From positions 1 through 35,075 of the forward strand of contig JABDJR010000003.1 in assembly GCA_013003415.1 (NCBI GenBank): a DNA stretch of 35,075 nt, read 5' to 3'. The position numbers were made by a program, and so were the translations under genes. Below the pieces are notes generated by a model. That model worked only from the letters and a program-made list of their open reading frames with translations, had not been told where the DNA came from and did no database searches. The stretch is from Candidatus Eiseniibacteriota bacterium. GTDB lineage: Bacteria > Eisenbacteria > RBG-16-71-46 > JABDJR01. This document shows positions 1-9,128 of this stretch, in pieces. Within the stretch, counting starts at the first letter, position 1, and each line of letters starts with the position of its first letter.

Positions 1-196
1 GTTCTACTTCCGTACCACGGATGTGACGGGAGTGAGCAAGTTGCCCGAGGGTCGCGAGATGGTGATGCCTGGGGATAACGTGAAAATGGTTGTGGAGTTG
101 ATCACTCCGATCGCAATGGAGGAAGGCCTCCGTTTCGCGATCCGTGAGGGTGGTCGTACCGTTGGCGCCGGCGTCGTCGCCAAGATCCACGAGTAA
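1..196 (+). CDS. tuf: Elongation factor Tu, C-terminal fragment (5' end lies outside the window)
   Basis: Frame starting at nt 2 reads [11 protein letters not shown]...[17 protein letters not shown], then TAA at 194-196. This is the typical EF-Tu domain-3 end, and it lies 11 nt upstream of rpsJ. Confidence 0.95.
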   Translation, partial: FYFRTTDVTGVSKLPEGREMVMPGDNVKMVVELITPIAMEEGLRFAIREGGRTVGAGVVAKIHE

Positions 197-207
197 GGAA
201 CAGAGTT

Positions 208-516
208 ATGGCAGGTCAGCGCATTCGCATTCGACTCCGGTCTTACGACCACGCGACATTAGATAGCTCGGCTGGCGAAATCGTCCGGACGGCTCGGCGT
301 ACAGGGGCTTTGACCTCTGGCCCGGTGCCGCTCCCGACGCGCAAGCGTATCTATACGGTGTTGCGTTCGCCTCACATCGACAAGAAGTCACGTGAGCAGT
401 TTGAGATTCGGGTTCACAAGCGGTTGATCGATATTACTCAGTCGAACCCGCAGACGATCGATGCTCTGATGAAGCTCGATTTGCCTGCAGGTGTCGACAT
501 CGACATCAAGCTTTAG
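208..516 (+). CDS. rpsJ: 30S ribosomal protein S10
   Basis: 102 aa, [15 protein letters not shown]...[10 protein letters not shown], hallmark S10 sequence. ATG at 208 with AAGGAA upstream. First gene of the S10 operon order. Confidence 0.97.
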   Translation: MAGQRIRIRLRSYDHATLDSSAGEIVRTARRTGALTSGPVPLPTRKRIYTVLRSPHIDKKSREQFEIRVHKRLIDITQSNPQTIDALMKLDLPAGVDIDIKL

Positions 517-525
517 TTGTTCGTC

Positions 526-555
526 GCTTCCGTGAGCTTCGGCTCCTCCGGAAGC
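526..555 (+). promoter_or_regulatory. Stem-loop with UUCG tetraloop in the rpsJ-rplC spacer
   Basis: GCTTCCG(526-532) pairs with CGGAAGC(549-555). Inner helix GAGC(534-537) pairs with GCTC(542-545) and closes loop TTCG(538-541). No U-tract follows; the rplC SD follows directly. Confidence 0.3.
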
Positions 556-568
556 TAAGGAGAAACTT

Positions 569-1186
569 ATGAAAGCCATTATCGGCAAGAAGATCGCAAT
601 GACACAGATCTTCGACAAAGATGGAAAGGCAGTCCCGGTCACCGTGATCGAAGCCGGTCCCTGTTTCGTGGTCCAAAAAAAGACCTCGGAAGTAGACGGG
701 TACGAAGCGGTTCAGATCGGGTTCGATCCGGCCAAAGAGAAGCGGGTTACCAACCCCCTCAAAGGCCACTTTTCCAAAGCAGGCGTCAAACCTACTCGCG
801 TGTTGAAAGAGTTCCGCGAAGCCACCGACATGGAAGTTGGTGCGAGCTTCGGTCCGGAGATCTTCGAAGTGGGTACGACGATTTCGATCACGGGCAAGTC
901 CAAAGGACGCGGGTTCCAGGGTGTTGTGAAACGCCACGGTTACTCCGGCGGGCCTCAAACCCATGGTTCCAAGACGGGACGTATCCCTGGATCCATTGGT
1001 AACAGTGCTTATCCTGGACGCGTGATCCCCGGGAAGAAACTACCGGGCCATATGGGTGATGCTCAAATCACCGTGCAAAATTCTACGGTGATGGGTGTTG
1101 ACGCAGAGCAAAACCTCATCTGGATCAAAGGTGGTGTTCCCGGAGCGCGGGGAAGCTATCTCACGATAAAGGCGACGGGCAAGTAG
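569..1186 (+). CDS. rplC: 50S ribosomal protein L3
   Basis: 205 aa, MKAIIGKKIAMTQIFDKDGKAVPVTVIEAGPC..., typical L3. AAGGAG SD lies 7 nt upstream. Confidence 0.97.
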   Translation: MKAIIGKKIAMTQIFDKDGKAVPVTVIEAGPCFVVQKKTSEVDGYEAVQIGFDPAKEKRVTNPLKGHFSKAGVKPTRVLKEFREATDMEVGASFGPEIFEVGTTISITGKSKGRGFQGVVKRHGYSGGPQTHGSKTGRIPGSIGNSAYPGRVIPGKKLPGHMGDAQITVQNSTVMGVDAEQNLIWIKGGVPGARGSYLTIKATGK

Positions 1187-1204
1187 CCCCGAAGGAGATT
1201 GGCA

Positions 1205-1834
1205 ATGAGTAAGGCGAAGCATTACAGCACCGACGGCAGCGTGAAGGGCGAGATCGATCTCCCCCAAGGCGCCTTCGGAGTTGAGCCGAACATGCACGTG
1301 GTTTGGGAGGCGGTGAAAACCTACCTCGCTAACCAGCGTCAAGGTAACGCCAGCACCAAGTCGCGTTCCTATGTGAGTGGCGGTGGTCGTAAGCCGTTCA
1401 AGCAGAAGGGTACGGGACGTGCGCGTCAGGGTTCTATCCGTGCTGCGCAGATGGTAGGTGGTTACACCGTGTTCGGGCCTCACCCGCGGAGTTACAACAA
1501 GACTCTGCCCAAAAAGATTAAGCGACTCGCTCTGACTTCGGTCATGAGCGCTCGCGCCCAAGACGGCAACGTGGCCGTGATCGATGAGCTTTCTCTCAAC
1601 GATCCCAAGACCAAAACCATGATGGGTGTTTTTAATAACATGGAGTTGGGCGACCGCAAGGTTTGCTTGATCACCAAAGACTCCAATCCCAACATCTTTT
1701 TGAGTTGCCGGAACATTCCGGGCGTTTCCGTTTTGCCGCACTCGGCAATCAATGTCTACGACATGACCAATGCCGATGTGCTTGTGTTTACCGAAGGTGC
1801 TTTGAACGGCATTCAGGAGGTGTACGGCGGATGA
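1205..1834 (+). CDS. rplD: 50S ribosomal protein L4
   Basis: The ORF track starts at TTG 1199, but that is only 1 nt after the GAAGGAG SD (1191-1197). ATG 1205 has 7-nt spacing and is preferred. The protein contains the L4-like GGGRKPFKQKGTGRARQGS motif. Confidence 0.93.
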   Translation: MSKAKHYSTDGSVKGEIDLPQGAFGVEPNMHVVWEAVKTYLANQRQGNASTKSRSYVSGGGRKPFKQKGTGRARQGSIRAAQMVGGYTVFGPHPRSYNKTLPKKIKRLALTSVMSARAQDGNVAVIDELSLNDPKTKTMMGVFNNMELGDRKVCLITKDSNPNIFLSCRNIPGVSVLPHSAINVYDMTNADVLVFTEGALNGIQEVYGG

Positions 1835-2121
1835 GAAATCCACATGACATCATCGTCAAAGCCCTAATCACGGAAAAAGGTACGCGGATGCGCGAGGGAG
1901 GGAACAAGTTCCTTTTCGAGGTCAGCTCCGATGCCAACAAAATTGAGATCAAGTATGCGATCGAACAGATCTTCAGCGTTCATGTTGAAGAGGTTCGTAC
2001 TCAGATGGTCATGGGCAAGATCAAACGTCTGGGTCGAAACCAGGGACGCCGTCCCAACTGGAAGAAAGCAATCATCACCCTCGCTCAGGGTGAAAACATT
2101 GATCTGTTCGAGCAAGTTTAA
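1831..2121 (+). CDS. rplW: 50S ribosomal protein L23
   Basis: ATG at 1831 overlaps the rplD stop (ATGA). MRNPHDIIVKALITEKG...KKAIITLAQGENIDLFEQV is typical L23. The upstream part of ORF 1663-2121 overlaps rplD and is rejected. Confidence 0.95.
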   Translation: MRNPHDIIVKALITEKGTRMREGGNKFLFEVSSDANKIEIKYAIEQIFSVHVEEVRTQMVMGKIKRLGRNQGRRPNWKKAIITLAQGENIDLFEQV

Positions 2122-2141
2122 CTTTAGTTACCAATGGAGAT

Positions 2142-2160
2142 CGGGCTTAGTTTAAGCCCG
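2142..2160 (+). promoter_or_regulatory. Perfect 8-bp hairpin in the rplW-rplB spacer
   Basis: CGGGCTTA(2142-2149) pairs with TAAGCCCG(2153-2160), loop GTT. No U-tract follows. Confidence 0.25.
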
Positions 2161-2180
2161 GTAAGAGCCAGGAGATTTTC

Positions 2181-3008
2181 ATGGGGCTCAAAAAGTTTAG
2201 GCCGGTAACGCCGGCCCAGCGCTATAAGACAGTTTCAGACTTTGCCGACATCACGACGTCAAAGCCTGAGAAGTCCTTATTGCGCCCGTTGAAGAAAACG
2301 GGTGGTCGCGATCATCACGGACACATTTCGTCGTGGCATCGCGGAGGCGGGCACAAACGTCGTTACCGTGTCATCGACTTTCGTCGGAACAAACGAGGGA
2401 TCGAGGCTCGCGTTGCGACCATCGAATACGATCCGAACCGTTCAGCACGCATCGCGCTTTTGGTTTACGCAGATGGTGAGAAACGATACATCTTGGCGCC
2501 TTTGGGTCTCCAGGTGGATCAGAAGCTCATGGCCGGACCAGACGCCGATATCCAAGTCGGAAACGCCTTGCCTATCAAGAAGATTCCCTTGGGTACGGTG
2601 CTCCACAACTTGGAGATGATTCCCGGTAAGGGCGGTCAGATCGCCCGCGGTGCTGGAACCGGAGCCACCTTGGTTGCCAAAGAAGGCGACTACGCTCAGA
2701 TCAAGCTTCCGTCCGGAGAGGTTCGCCTCTTCCACGGCGAGTGCTACTGCACCATCGGTCAGGTTGGAAACATCGACCACGAGAACATTGTGATTGGTAA
2801 AGCCGGTCGGAGCCGTTGGCTCGGACGTCGCGGACATGTCCGTGGTGTGGCTATGAACCCGGTCGATCACCCCCACGGTGGTGGTGAAGGTCGTACTTCA
2901 GGCGGTCGCCATCCGGTCTCGCCTTGGGGTAAGCCTACTAAAGGCGCTAAGACCCGTAAGAAGAAGTCTTCGGATCGTCTCATCGTGAGACGCCGCAAGA
3001 AGAAGTAA
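2181..3008 (+). CDS. rplB: 50S ribosomal protein L2
   Basis: 275 aa, contains [15 protein letters not shown] and [14 protein letters not shown], hallmark L2 motifs. Confidence 0.98.
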   Translation: MGLKKFRPVTPAQRYKTVSDFADITTSKPEKSLLRPLKKTGGRDHHGHISSWHRGGGHKRRYRVIDFRRNKRGIEARVATIEYDPNRSARIALLVYADGEKRYILAPLGLQVDQKLMAGPDADIQVGNALPIKKIPLGTVLHNLEMIPGKGGQIARGAGTGATLVAKEGDYAQIKLPSGEVRLFHGECYCTIGQVGNIDHENIVIGKAGRSRWLGRRGHVRGVAMNPVDHPHGGGEGRTSGGRHPVSPWGKPTKGAKTRKKKSSDRLIVRRRKKK

Positions 3009-3035
3009 TTGGCCCTAAAGTACTGGGAACAGTAA

Positions 3036-3317
3036 ATGGCACGTTCAATTAAAAAAGGTCCCTTCGTGGACGAGAAGCTCATGGTCAAGATCGACGCCAT
3101 GAACAAGAAAAACGAAAAGAAAGTACTACGAACTTGGGCACGACGCTCAACCATCATTCCCGAGTTCGTCGGACACACCCTCGCGGTTCACAACGGGAAC
3201 AAGTTCATCCCGATCTATGTGACGGAGAACATGGTGGGTCATAAATTAGGTGAGTTTGCCCCTACGCGCCTTTTCCGCGGACACGCGGGAAGCGATAAGG
3301 GTGGGAAAGTTCGCTAG
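3036..3317 (+). CDS. rpsS: 30S ribosomal protein S19
   Basis: 93 aa, [15 protein letters not shown]...[16 protein letters not shown], typical S19. Confidence 0.98.
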   Translation: MARSIKKGPFVDEKLMVKIDAMNKKNEKKVLRTWARRSTIIPEFVGHTLAVHNGNKFIPIYVTENMVGHKLGEFAPTRLFRGHAGSDKGGKVR

Positions 3318-3379
3318 ATAACGCTCCTCAATTGAGGTTGCGGACACTTAGAGATATCAGCGAATAGGAGTAGATGGAC

Positions 3380-3784
3380 ATGGAAGCTCGGGCATTAGCA
3401 CGATACGTGAGAGTGGCGCCACGGAAGGTGAACCAACTTCTCGATCTCGTGCGAGGACAAGACGTCGAGGCAGCCCTCGTCACACTGACGTTCTCGAAAC
3501 GACACGTCTCTCGGCAGGTAGAGAAGATTATGCGTTCGGCGGTTGCAAATGCCGTTCAGGCAGAGTCCAACCTCGATGTTGAAGATTTGTACGTCAAGGA
3601 AGCCATTGTGGGTCCCGGACCCATCATGAAGCGTTGGTTGCCGCGGGCTCAGGGTCGAGCGACCCCGATCATGAAGCGGACGAGCCATATCACAATTGTC
3701 GTTGCCGAAAAGTCGGACCGACCAAAACCGAAATTCAAATCGGGTCGGGCCGCACGCCGCGCTGGTAGCCGGCGCAGCGCCTAG
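3380..3784 (+). CDS. rplV: 50S ribosomal protein L22
   Basis: [26 protein letters not shown] matches the usual L22 N-terminus. ATG 3380 lies 9 nt from AGGAG (3366-3370). An in-frame ATG at 3374 is an alternative start. Basic C-terminal tail. Confidence 0.93.
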   Translation: MEARALARYVRVAPRKVNQLLDLVRGQDVEAALVTLTFSKRHVSRQVEKIMRSAVANAVQAESNLDVEDLYVKEAIVGPGPIMKRWLPRAQGRATPIMKRTSHITIVVAEKSDRPKPKFKSGRAARRAGSRRSA

Positions 3785-3803
3785 AAGTTTTACGGAGGAA
3801 ACT

Positions 3804-4490
3804 GTGGGTCAAAAAACAAATCCAATCGGTTTACGATTGGGAATCGTAAAAACCTGGGACTCCCGTTGGTTTGCACGAAAGAATTACGCCGATTTGCTTT
3901 CGGAAGACATCAAGGTGCGCAAGTACCTGCTCAAACGTCTTTCTAATGCAGCTGTCTCCAAGGTTGTGATTCAACGGGCTGCCAATAAAGTCACGGTGAA
4001 TATTGCGACCGCCAAGCCTGGTTTGGTGATCGGTCGTCGCGGTTCCCAAGTGGATCAGCTTCGCGACGAGCTGAATCACCTAACCGGTAAGGAGATCTAC
4101 ATCAACATCGATGAGATCAAGAAGCCCGATGTCGACGCATCGCTTGTAGCGCAGAACATTGCTCGCCAGCTGGAAGGACGTGTGTCTTTCCGCCGGGCTA
4201 TGAAGAAAGCCATTCAAGCTGCCATGCGTTCGGGTGCCGAAGGCATTCGGGTTCACGCGTCGGGTCGCTTGGGTGGAGCCGAAATGGCTCGCAGCGAGTC
4301 TTATCGTGAGGGACGGGTACCGCTTCATACCCTTCGTGCAGATATCGATTTTGCCCGTGCCACGGCCTTCACGACCTATGGCACATGCGGCGTAAAGGTT
4401 TGGGTTTTCCACGGCGAAATTTTGCCGGGCGAGAACCTTAGTGGAAACACAAAGACCCTGACCAAGGGTGCTCCCGCCGCCAAGCGCTAG
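3804..4490 (+). CDS. rpsC: 30S ribosomal protein S3
   Basis: GTG at 3804 preceded by GGAGGAA. It gives (M)[23 protein letters not shown], the canonical S3 N-terminus. The 3696 start in the ORF track overlaps rplV and is rejected. Confidence 0.95.
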   Translation: MGQKTNPIGLRLGIVKTWDSRWFARKNYADLLSEDIKVRKYLLKRLSNAAVSKVVIQRAANKVTVNIATAKPGLVIGRRGSQVDQLRDELNHLTGKEIYINIDEIKKPDVDASLVAQNIARQLEGRVSFRRAMKKAIQAAMRSGAEGIRVHASGRLGGAEMARSESYREGRVPLHTLRADIDFARATAFTTYGTCGVKVWVFHGEILPGENLSGNTKTLTKGAPAAKR

Positions 4491-4523
4491 CGGGAAGTAA
4501 ACAGGAAAGAATAGGAAAGAGAC

Positions 4524-4946
4524 ATGCTCAGTCCTAAACGAGTCAAACGGAGAAAGCAGATGCGAGGCCGCCTCACCGGCAAGGCCTATCGCGGTAGCAA
4601 GATCAGCTTTGGTGAGTTTGCCCTGCAGGCCCTTGAGCCGGCATGGATCACAAACCGTCAAATCGAAGCTGCTCGTGTGGCGATTACGCGTCATGTTAAA
4701 CGTGGTGGAAAGCTCTGGATTCGGATCTTCCCCGACAAGCCGCTTACGCAGAAGCCGGCCGAAACCCGTATGGGTAAGGGAAAAGGTAGCCCCGAGCATT
4801 GGGTTGCGGTTGTGAAACCGGGCCGGGTGATGTTCGAGCTTGAGGGAGTCTCTAAAGAGTTGGCCCAGTCCGCGATGCGACTTGGCGCAGCCAAGCTTCC
4901 CATCAAAACCCGATTCCTTGATCGCACTGAAGAGTTGGGAGACTAA
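4524..4946 (+). CDS. rplP: 50S ribosomal protein L16
   Basis: 140 aa, [21 protein letters not shown]...[24 protein letters not shown], typical L16. Confidence 0.98.
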   Translation: MLSPKRVKRRKQMRGRLTGKAYRGSKISFGEFALQALEPAWITNRQIEAARVAITRHVKRGGKLWIRIFPDKPLTQKPAETRMGKGKGSPEHWVAVVKPGRVMFELEGVSKELAQSAMRLGAAKLPIKTRFLDRTEELGD

Positions 4947-4950
4947 GAAG

Positions 4951-5175
4951 ATGCCTCGCGAAGAAATGATTTTTCATGAAATGACGCCGGAAGATGTGGC
5001 GGACAAAGTCGAAGAGCTCAAGGCTGAGCTGTTCAACCTCCGTTTTCGGAATACCATGCGTCAGTTGGATAACCCGCTCAGCATTCGGGACGTGCGCCGC
5101 GACATCGCGCGCTGCAAAACCGCGTTAGCCGAGCACAAGATGGGTCTCCGAACCCTTATTACGGACAAAGACTAG
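4951..5175 (+). CDS. rpmC: 50S ribosomal protein L29
   Basis: ATG at 4951 is 4 nt after the rplP stop. KVEELKAELFNLRFRNTMRQLDNPLSIRDVRRDIAR is the L29 core. The ORF-track start at 4840 overlaps rplP. Confidence 0.9.
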   Translation: MPREEMIFHEMTPEDVADKVEELKAELFNLRFRNTMRQLDNPLSIRDVRRDIARCKTALAEHKMGLRTLITDKD

Positions 5176-5204
5176 TCCTGGGTTCATAGGGAGAGGAAAC
5201 GAAC

Positions 5205-5459
5205 GTGGAAAGAAATCGAAGAAAAGTTCGCCAGGGTCGAGTAATGAGCGACAAGATGGACAAAACCGTTGTGGTTGTTCTTGAGCGCTTGGTTAAGCAC
5301 CCTGTGTACAAGAAGTACATTAAGCGCAAAAAGAAGTATGCCATTCACGACGAGCAGAACAGCGCTCGTACCGGAGATACGGTTCGCTTCATGGAAGCGC
5401 GCCCTATGAGCAAGTCCAAGCGGTGGCGTCTAATCGAAATCATCGACCGGGCCAAGTAG
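5205..5459 (+). CDS. rpsQ: 30S ribosomal protein S17
   Basis: GTG start after [38 protein letters not shown] is typical S17. Confidence 0.96.
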   Translation: MERNRRKVRQGRVMSDKMDKTVVVVLERLVKHPVYKKYIKRKKKYAIHDEQNSARTGDTVRFMEARPMSKSKRWRLIEIIDRAK

Positions 5460-5468
5460 GAGGCTGAC

Positions 5469-5837
5469 ATGATTCAAATGCAAACCATGTTGACCATCGC
5501 AGACAACTCCGGAGCGCGCACAGCACGTTGTATTCACGTGTTGGGCGGTACTCGGCGTCGGTATGCGCGGGTTGGCGATATTGTTGTCGCGGCCGTGCAA
5601 GATGCCATCCCCGGTGGTGGTGTCAAGAAGGGCGACGTCGTTAGAGCGGTCGTTGTCCGCACTCGCAAAGAATTTCGTCGGAAAGACGGTTCCTATATTC
5701 GCTTCGATGAGAACGCAGCCGTGTTGCTCAACGACGGTGGCGAACCTCGCGGAACCCGTATTTTCGGCCCTGTAGCTCGTGAGCTGCGCGAAAAACGATT
5801 CATGAAGATCGTCTCGCTGGCTCCCGAAGTGCTCTAG
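5469..5837 (+). CDS. rplN: 50S ribosomal protein L14
   Basis: 122 aa, [17 protein letters not shown]...[26 protein letters not shown], typical L14. Confidence 0.98.
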   Translation: MIQMQTMLTIADNSGARTARCIHVLGGTRRRYARVGDIVVAAVQDAIPGGGVKKGDVVRAVVVRTRKEFRRKDGSYIRFDENAAVLLNDGGEPRGTRIFGPVARELREKRFMKIVSLAPEVL

Positions 5838-5849
5838 AAGGTAAGTGCT

Positions 5850-6068
5850 ATGCCACGTTTAAAAAGAGAAGACCGAGTTTTGGTTATTTCGGGAGATGAC
5901 AAAGGCAAAGAAGGACGTGTTCTTGCCGTATTTCCCAAGAAGAATCGGGTGCTGATCGAAGGCGTCAACATGATCAAACGCCATACCAAGCCCAACCAAC
6001 AAAATCAGACAGGCGGCATCATCGAGAAGGAGGCACCTATTCATGTCTCCAATGTACGAGTGATCTAA
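5850..6068 (+). CDS. rplX: 50S ribosomal protein L24 (short 72-aa form)
   Basis: KOW motif [17 protein letters not shown], and ends at ...[10 protein letters not shown]. rplE begins 17 nt later, so there is no room for the longer C-terminal part. Confidence 0.95.
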   Translation: MPRLKREDRVLVISGDDKGKEGRVLAVFPKKNRVLIEGVNMIKRHTKPNQQNQTGGIIEKEAPIHVSNVRVI

Positions 6069-6085
6069 GTTTAGGAGTTCGGGAA

Positions 6086-6667
6086 GTGGAAACGAACATA
6101 CCGCGTAAGCGCACAGATTATATCGATCGGGTAAAACCGGAGTTGATGAAGCGATTCAACTACATCAACCCCATGCAGGCCCCCAAGTTTGAAAAGATTG
6201 TCCTCAACATGGGCATCGGTGAGGCCACCCAGAACGCCAAATTAATCGACGGTGCCGTAAATGAGCTCAGCCTCATTGCCGGCCAGAAGCCGTCGGTGCG
6301 TCGCGCCAAGAAATCAATTGCTAACTTTAAACTCCGCGAAGGCGTACCGATCGGGGTGGCTGTGACCCTCCGTGGCCGTCGGATGTGGGAGTTTTACGAT
6401 CGTTTTGTCAGCGTCGCTATTCCTCGGATTCGTGACTTTCGCGGGTTCTCAAACAAGTCTTTCGATGGGCGTGGGAACTACAACGTTGGTATTACCGAGC
6501 AAATCATTTTTTCCGAGATCGACTACGACAAAGTCGACAAGATTCGTGGCCTGAACGTGACCATTGTCACCTCAGCCAAGACCGATGAAGAAGCGCTGGA
6601 GCTCCTGAAGCTGATGAAATTCCCCTTCCGGAATCCCTCATCGGGTCAGGGCATGGCACAGGTCTAA
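6086..6667 (+). CDS. rplE: 50S ribosomal protein L5
   Basis: GTG start. [15 protein letters not shown] and [17 protein letters not shown] are L5 motifs. Confidence 0.97.
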   Translation: METNIPRKRTDYIDRVKPELMKRFNYINPMQAPKFEKIVLNMGIGEATQNAKLIDGAVNELSLIAGQKPSVRRAKKSIANFKLREGVPIGVAVTLRGRRMWEFYDRFVSVAIPRIRDFRGFSNKSFDGRGNYNVGITEQIIFSEIDYDKVDKIRGLNVTIVTSAKTDEEALELLKLMKFPFRNPSSGQGMAQV

Positions 6668-6701
6668 TTAGAGCAACAACCGAAAGGTTCTGGAGCAAAA
6701 C

Positions 6702-6887
6702 GTGGCCAAGAAAGCCTTAATTGAAAAGTGGCAACGCAAACCAAAATTCAAGGTACGCGCCTACAACCGATGCAATCGGTGTGGCCGTCCGCGGGCTTAC
6801 CTCCGCGATTTTGGACTTTGCCGTATCTGTTTCCGGCAACTTGCCTTAGATGGGCATATCCCCGGAGTCGTTAAATCAAGCTGGTAG
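6702..6887 (+). CDS. rpsN: 30S ribosomal protein S14, type Z (zinc-binding 61-aa form)
   Basis: GTG start. 61 aa with CNRCGRP...CRICFR (CxxC...CxxC) and a C-terminal VVKSSW. Confidence 0.96.
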   Translation: MAKKALIEKWQRKPKFKVRAYNRCNRCGRPRAYLRDFGLCRICFRQLALDGHIPGVVKSSW

Positions 6888-6905
6888 TCAGCGTCTTTCG
6901 GTAGG

Positions 6906-6951
6906 CGCCAGACTGAGTTAACTCCCAAATGGAGTTGTTCTCAGATAGGCG
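6906..6951 (+). promoter_or_regulatory. Three-helix stacked hairpin in the 91-nt rpsN-rpsH spacer (candidate r-protein binding or processing site)
   Basis: Helix A pairs 6906-6909 with 6948-6951 (CGCC/GGCG). Helix B pairs 6913-6917 with 6940-6944 (CTGAG/CTCAG). Helix C pairs 6920-6925 with 6931-6936 (AACTCC/GGAGTT), loop CAAAT. Confidence 0.3.
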
Positions 6952-6978
6952 AACCACCGAGAGAAAGGAGACCGTTTA

Positions 6979-7377
6979 ATGTCGGTTAGTGATCCAATCG
7001 CCGATATGCTCACGAGCATTCGGAATGCCATCAACGCAGGACATCGTCGTGTCGACATTCCTTCGTCGGGCATCAAAAAGAATATTGCCGAACTTCTGCT
7101 TAAGCAGCGCTACATCAAGAACTACAAGGTTCTCGATGAGGGCGTTCAGGGAACCATTCGTGTTTACCTCAAGTTCAACGAGGAAACCGGTTCGGTAATC
7201 CGCGGCATCAAACGAGTTTCAACCCCAGGTCGCCGGGTCTACGTTGGGAAAGAAGACATCCCCCGCGTTCTCCGAGGGCTTGGTGTAGCAATTATTTCCA
7301 CCTCAGAAGGGCTTCTGACCGACCGTGAAGCTCGTGATCGAGGTATCGGTGGCGAAGTGCTCGCCACGATCTGGTAA
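6979..7377 (+). CDS. rpsH: 30S ribosomal protein S8
   Basis: 132 aa, MSVSDPIADMLTSIRNA...ISTSEGLLTDREARDRGIGGEVLATIW, typical S8. Confidence 0.98.
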   Translation: MSVSDPIADMLTSIRNAINAGHRRVDIPSSGIKKNIAELLLKQRYIKNYKVLDEGVQGTIRVYLKFNEETGSVIRGIKRVSTPGRRVYVGKEDIPRVLRGLGVAIISTSEGLLTDREARDRGIGGEVLATIW

Positions 7378-7389
7378 GGAAGGTTAGCC

Positions 7390-7926
7390 ATGTCACGAGT
7401 GGGCAAACAGGTCATTACGATTCCAAGCGGGGTTGAGCTGAAGCTCGCCGGCCGCACTGTTTCGGCCAAGGGGCCGAAGGGACAGCTGTCCTACGACATC
7501 TTGGACGGAATCGAAGTTGAAATCGAAGGCGCGCAAGCCGAAGTCAAGCAGACCAAATCCGGGAAAAACGCCAATGCGTTTCACGGTTTGAGCCGCGCGC
7601 TTATTAACAACTTAGTGCTTGGTGTGTCCCAGGGGTTTTCCAAATCCCTTGAGATCATCGGCACCGGTTATCGCGCACAGGTTCAGGGAAAAAAGATCAC
7701 TTTGGCCTTGGGTTTTAGCCATCCCATTGAGTACGCCCTTCCCGAAGGTATTGAAGCCAAGGTTGAAGGTCAGATTCTTACGATCAGTGGTATCGACAAA
7801 GCGGTGGTTGGCCAGGTGGCCGCTGAAATCCGTCGCTTCCGGCCCCCGGAGCCCTACAAGGGCAAGGGAGTTCGTTACACCACGGAGCATGTACGTCGCA
7901 AAGCGGGTAAATCCGCAACCGCCTAG
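7390..7926 (+). CDS. rplF: 50S ribosomal protein L6
   Basis: 178 aa, MSRVGKQVITIPSGVE...PEPYKGKGVRY, typical L6. Confidence 0.98.
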   Translation: MSRVGKQVITIPSGVELKLAGRTVSAKGPKGQLSYDILDGIEVEIEGAQAEVKQTKSGKNANAFHGLSRALINNLVLGVSQGFSKSLEIIGTGYRAQVQGKKITLALGFSHPIEYALPEGIEAKVEGQILTISGIDKAVVGQVAAEIRRFRPPEPYKGKGVRYTTEHVRRKAGKSATA

Positions 7927-7983
7927 GTTCTTGCATGTAGAGCTGCTGGCCAGAAATCAGCGGCCAATAAGGACATCAGAACA

Positions 7984-8355
7984 ATGAGTAAAATTGCAGT
8001 TAAACGTCGCGAAGGTAGAATTCGCCGTCACCGCCGAGTTCGGAAGAAGATTGTGGGAACCACCGAGCGTCCCCGCCTTTGCGTAAAACGTTCGTTGAAA
8101 CATATGTCGGCTCAAATCGTTGACGACACGACCATGAAAACCTTGGTCTCGGTAACGAGCGTCTCCAAAGAGCTTCAAGGCAAGCTTGGGGATAAGAGCA
8201 AGATTGAAGCCAGCAAGATGCTGGGTGTGCTTGTGGCCGAAAAGGCCAAAGCAGCAGGAATTTCGCAAGTCGCCTTCGACCGCGGTGGCTTTGTTTATCA
8301 CGGTCGTATCAAGGCGTTAGCCGATGGAGCCCGCGAGGGCGGTCTGGAGTTTTAG
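7984..8355 (+). CDS. rplR: 50S ribosomal protein L18
   Basis: 123 aa, [37 protein letters not shown]...[26 protein letters not shown]. Confidence 0.98.
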   Translation: MSKIAVKRREGRIRRHRRVRKKIVGTTERPRLCVKRSLKHMSAQIVDDTTMKTLVSVTSVSKELQGKLGDKSKIEASKMLGVLVAEKAKAAGISQVAFDRGGFVYHGRIKALADGAREGGLEF

Positions 8356-8357
8356 GT

Positions 8358-8951
8358 ATGGGGATGCGTCGCTTTAACAATCAGGACAGTGAATTCACTG
8401 AGAATCTGGTCCAGATCAACCGTTGCGCAAAAGTCGTAAAGGGTGGTCGTCGGTTCAGCTTCAACGCCATTGTCACGGTTGGAGACAAACAAGGACGAGT
8501 CGGAATCGGCTTGGGTAAAGCCAACGAAGTCGCCGACGCCATTCGGAAGGCCACCGAGAATGCCAAGCGCGGTATGGTTCGCATTCCGTTGGTGAAGGGA
8601 ACGATTCCCCACGAGGTGATTGGACGTTTCGGTGCAGGTCGTGTGCTTTTGAAGCCGGCCACCCCGGGTACCGGTGTGATTGCCGGTGGTCCGGTGCGTG
8701 CGGTGCTTGAAGCTGCCGGTGTAGAGAACGTTCTTTCCAAGTGCTTGGGTTCCACCAATCCGCATAACGCGGTCAAGGCAACCTTCAAGGCTCTGACGGA
8801 ATTGCGTCGGGTCGAGGATGTGGCCAAGGAACGCGGCACCTCAGTCGAACACATTATTGGATTCAAGCGGGCTCCCGAAGCTGCCACCGAAACCGTAGCG
8901 GTTGAAGTAGCGGCCGAGGCACCTGCCGATACGGAGAGTACCGATGGCTAA
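8358..8951 (+). CDS. rpsE: 30S ribosomal protein S5 (with an Ala/Glu/Thr-rich C-terminal extension)
   Basis: 197 aa, core [18 protein letters not shown]...[18 protein letters not shown]. Extra tail [26 protein letters not shown]. The 3' end overlaps rpmD by 8 nt. Confidence 0.96.
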   Translation: MGMRRFNNQDSEFTENLVQINRCAKVVKGGRRFSFNAIVTVGDKQGRVGIGLGKANEVADAIRKATENAKRGMVRIPLVKGTIPHEVIGRFGAGRVLLKPATPGTGVIAGGPVRAVLEAAGVENVLSKCLGSTNPHNAVKATFKALTELRRVEDVAKERGTSVEHIIGFKRAPEAATETVAVEVAAEAPADTESTDG

Positions 8952-9126
8952 TCAGGTCAAAATCACTCAGGTTCGTAGCGCCATCAATCGAGAAGAGTCC
9001 CAGAAACGCACCATTAAAGCGTTGGGAATTCGCGGGCTTAACAAACCCGTCATCAAAAACGACTCGCCCCAGATCCGCGGCATGATCTACAAGGTCCGCC
9101 ACATGGTGAAGGTCGAAGAGGTCTAA
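8944..9126 (+). CDS. rpmD: 50S ribosomal protein L30
   Basis: 60 aa, [36 protein letters not shown]..., typical L30. Confidence 0.96.
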   Translation: MANQVKITQVRSAINREESQKRTIKALGIRGLNKPVIKNDSPQIRGMIYKVRHMVKVEEV

Positions 9127-9128
9127 AG

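Noticed and set aside
1663-1830. Upstream extension of the rplW ORF
   Set aside because: It lies inside rplD. The L23 sequence begins at ATG 1831, which overlaps the rplD stop.
1040-1843. 267-aa minus-strand ORF spanning rplC/rplD
   Set aside because: It is antisense to two highly conserved ribosomal-protein genes, has no recognisable motifs and has an Arg/His/Gly-rich composition typical of spurious antisense frames.
3696-3803. N-terminal extension of the rpsC ORF given in the track (start 3696)
   Set aside because: It overlaps the rplV 3' end in another frame. The canonical S3 N-terminus begins at GTG 3804, which has a GGAGG SD.
4080-4799. 239-aa minus-strand ORF across rpsC/rplP
   Set aside because: It is antisense to conserved genes and crosses a gene boundary. 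No domain-like sequence.
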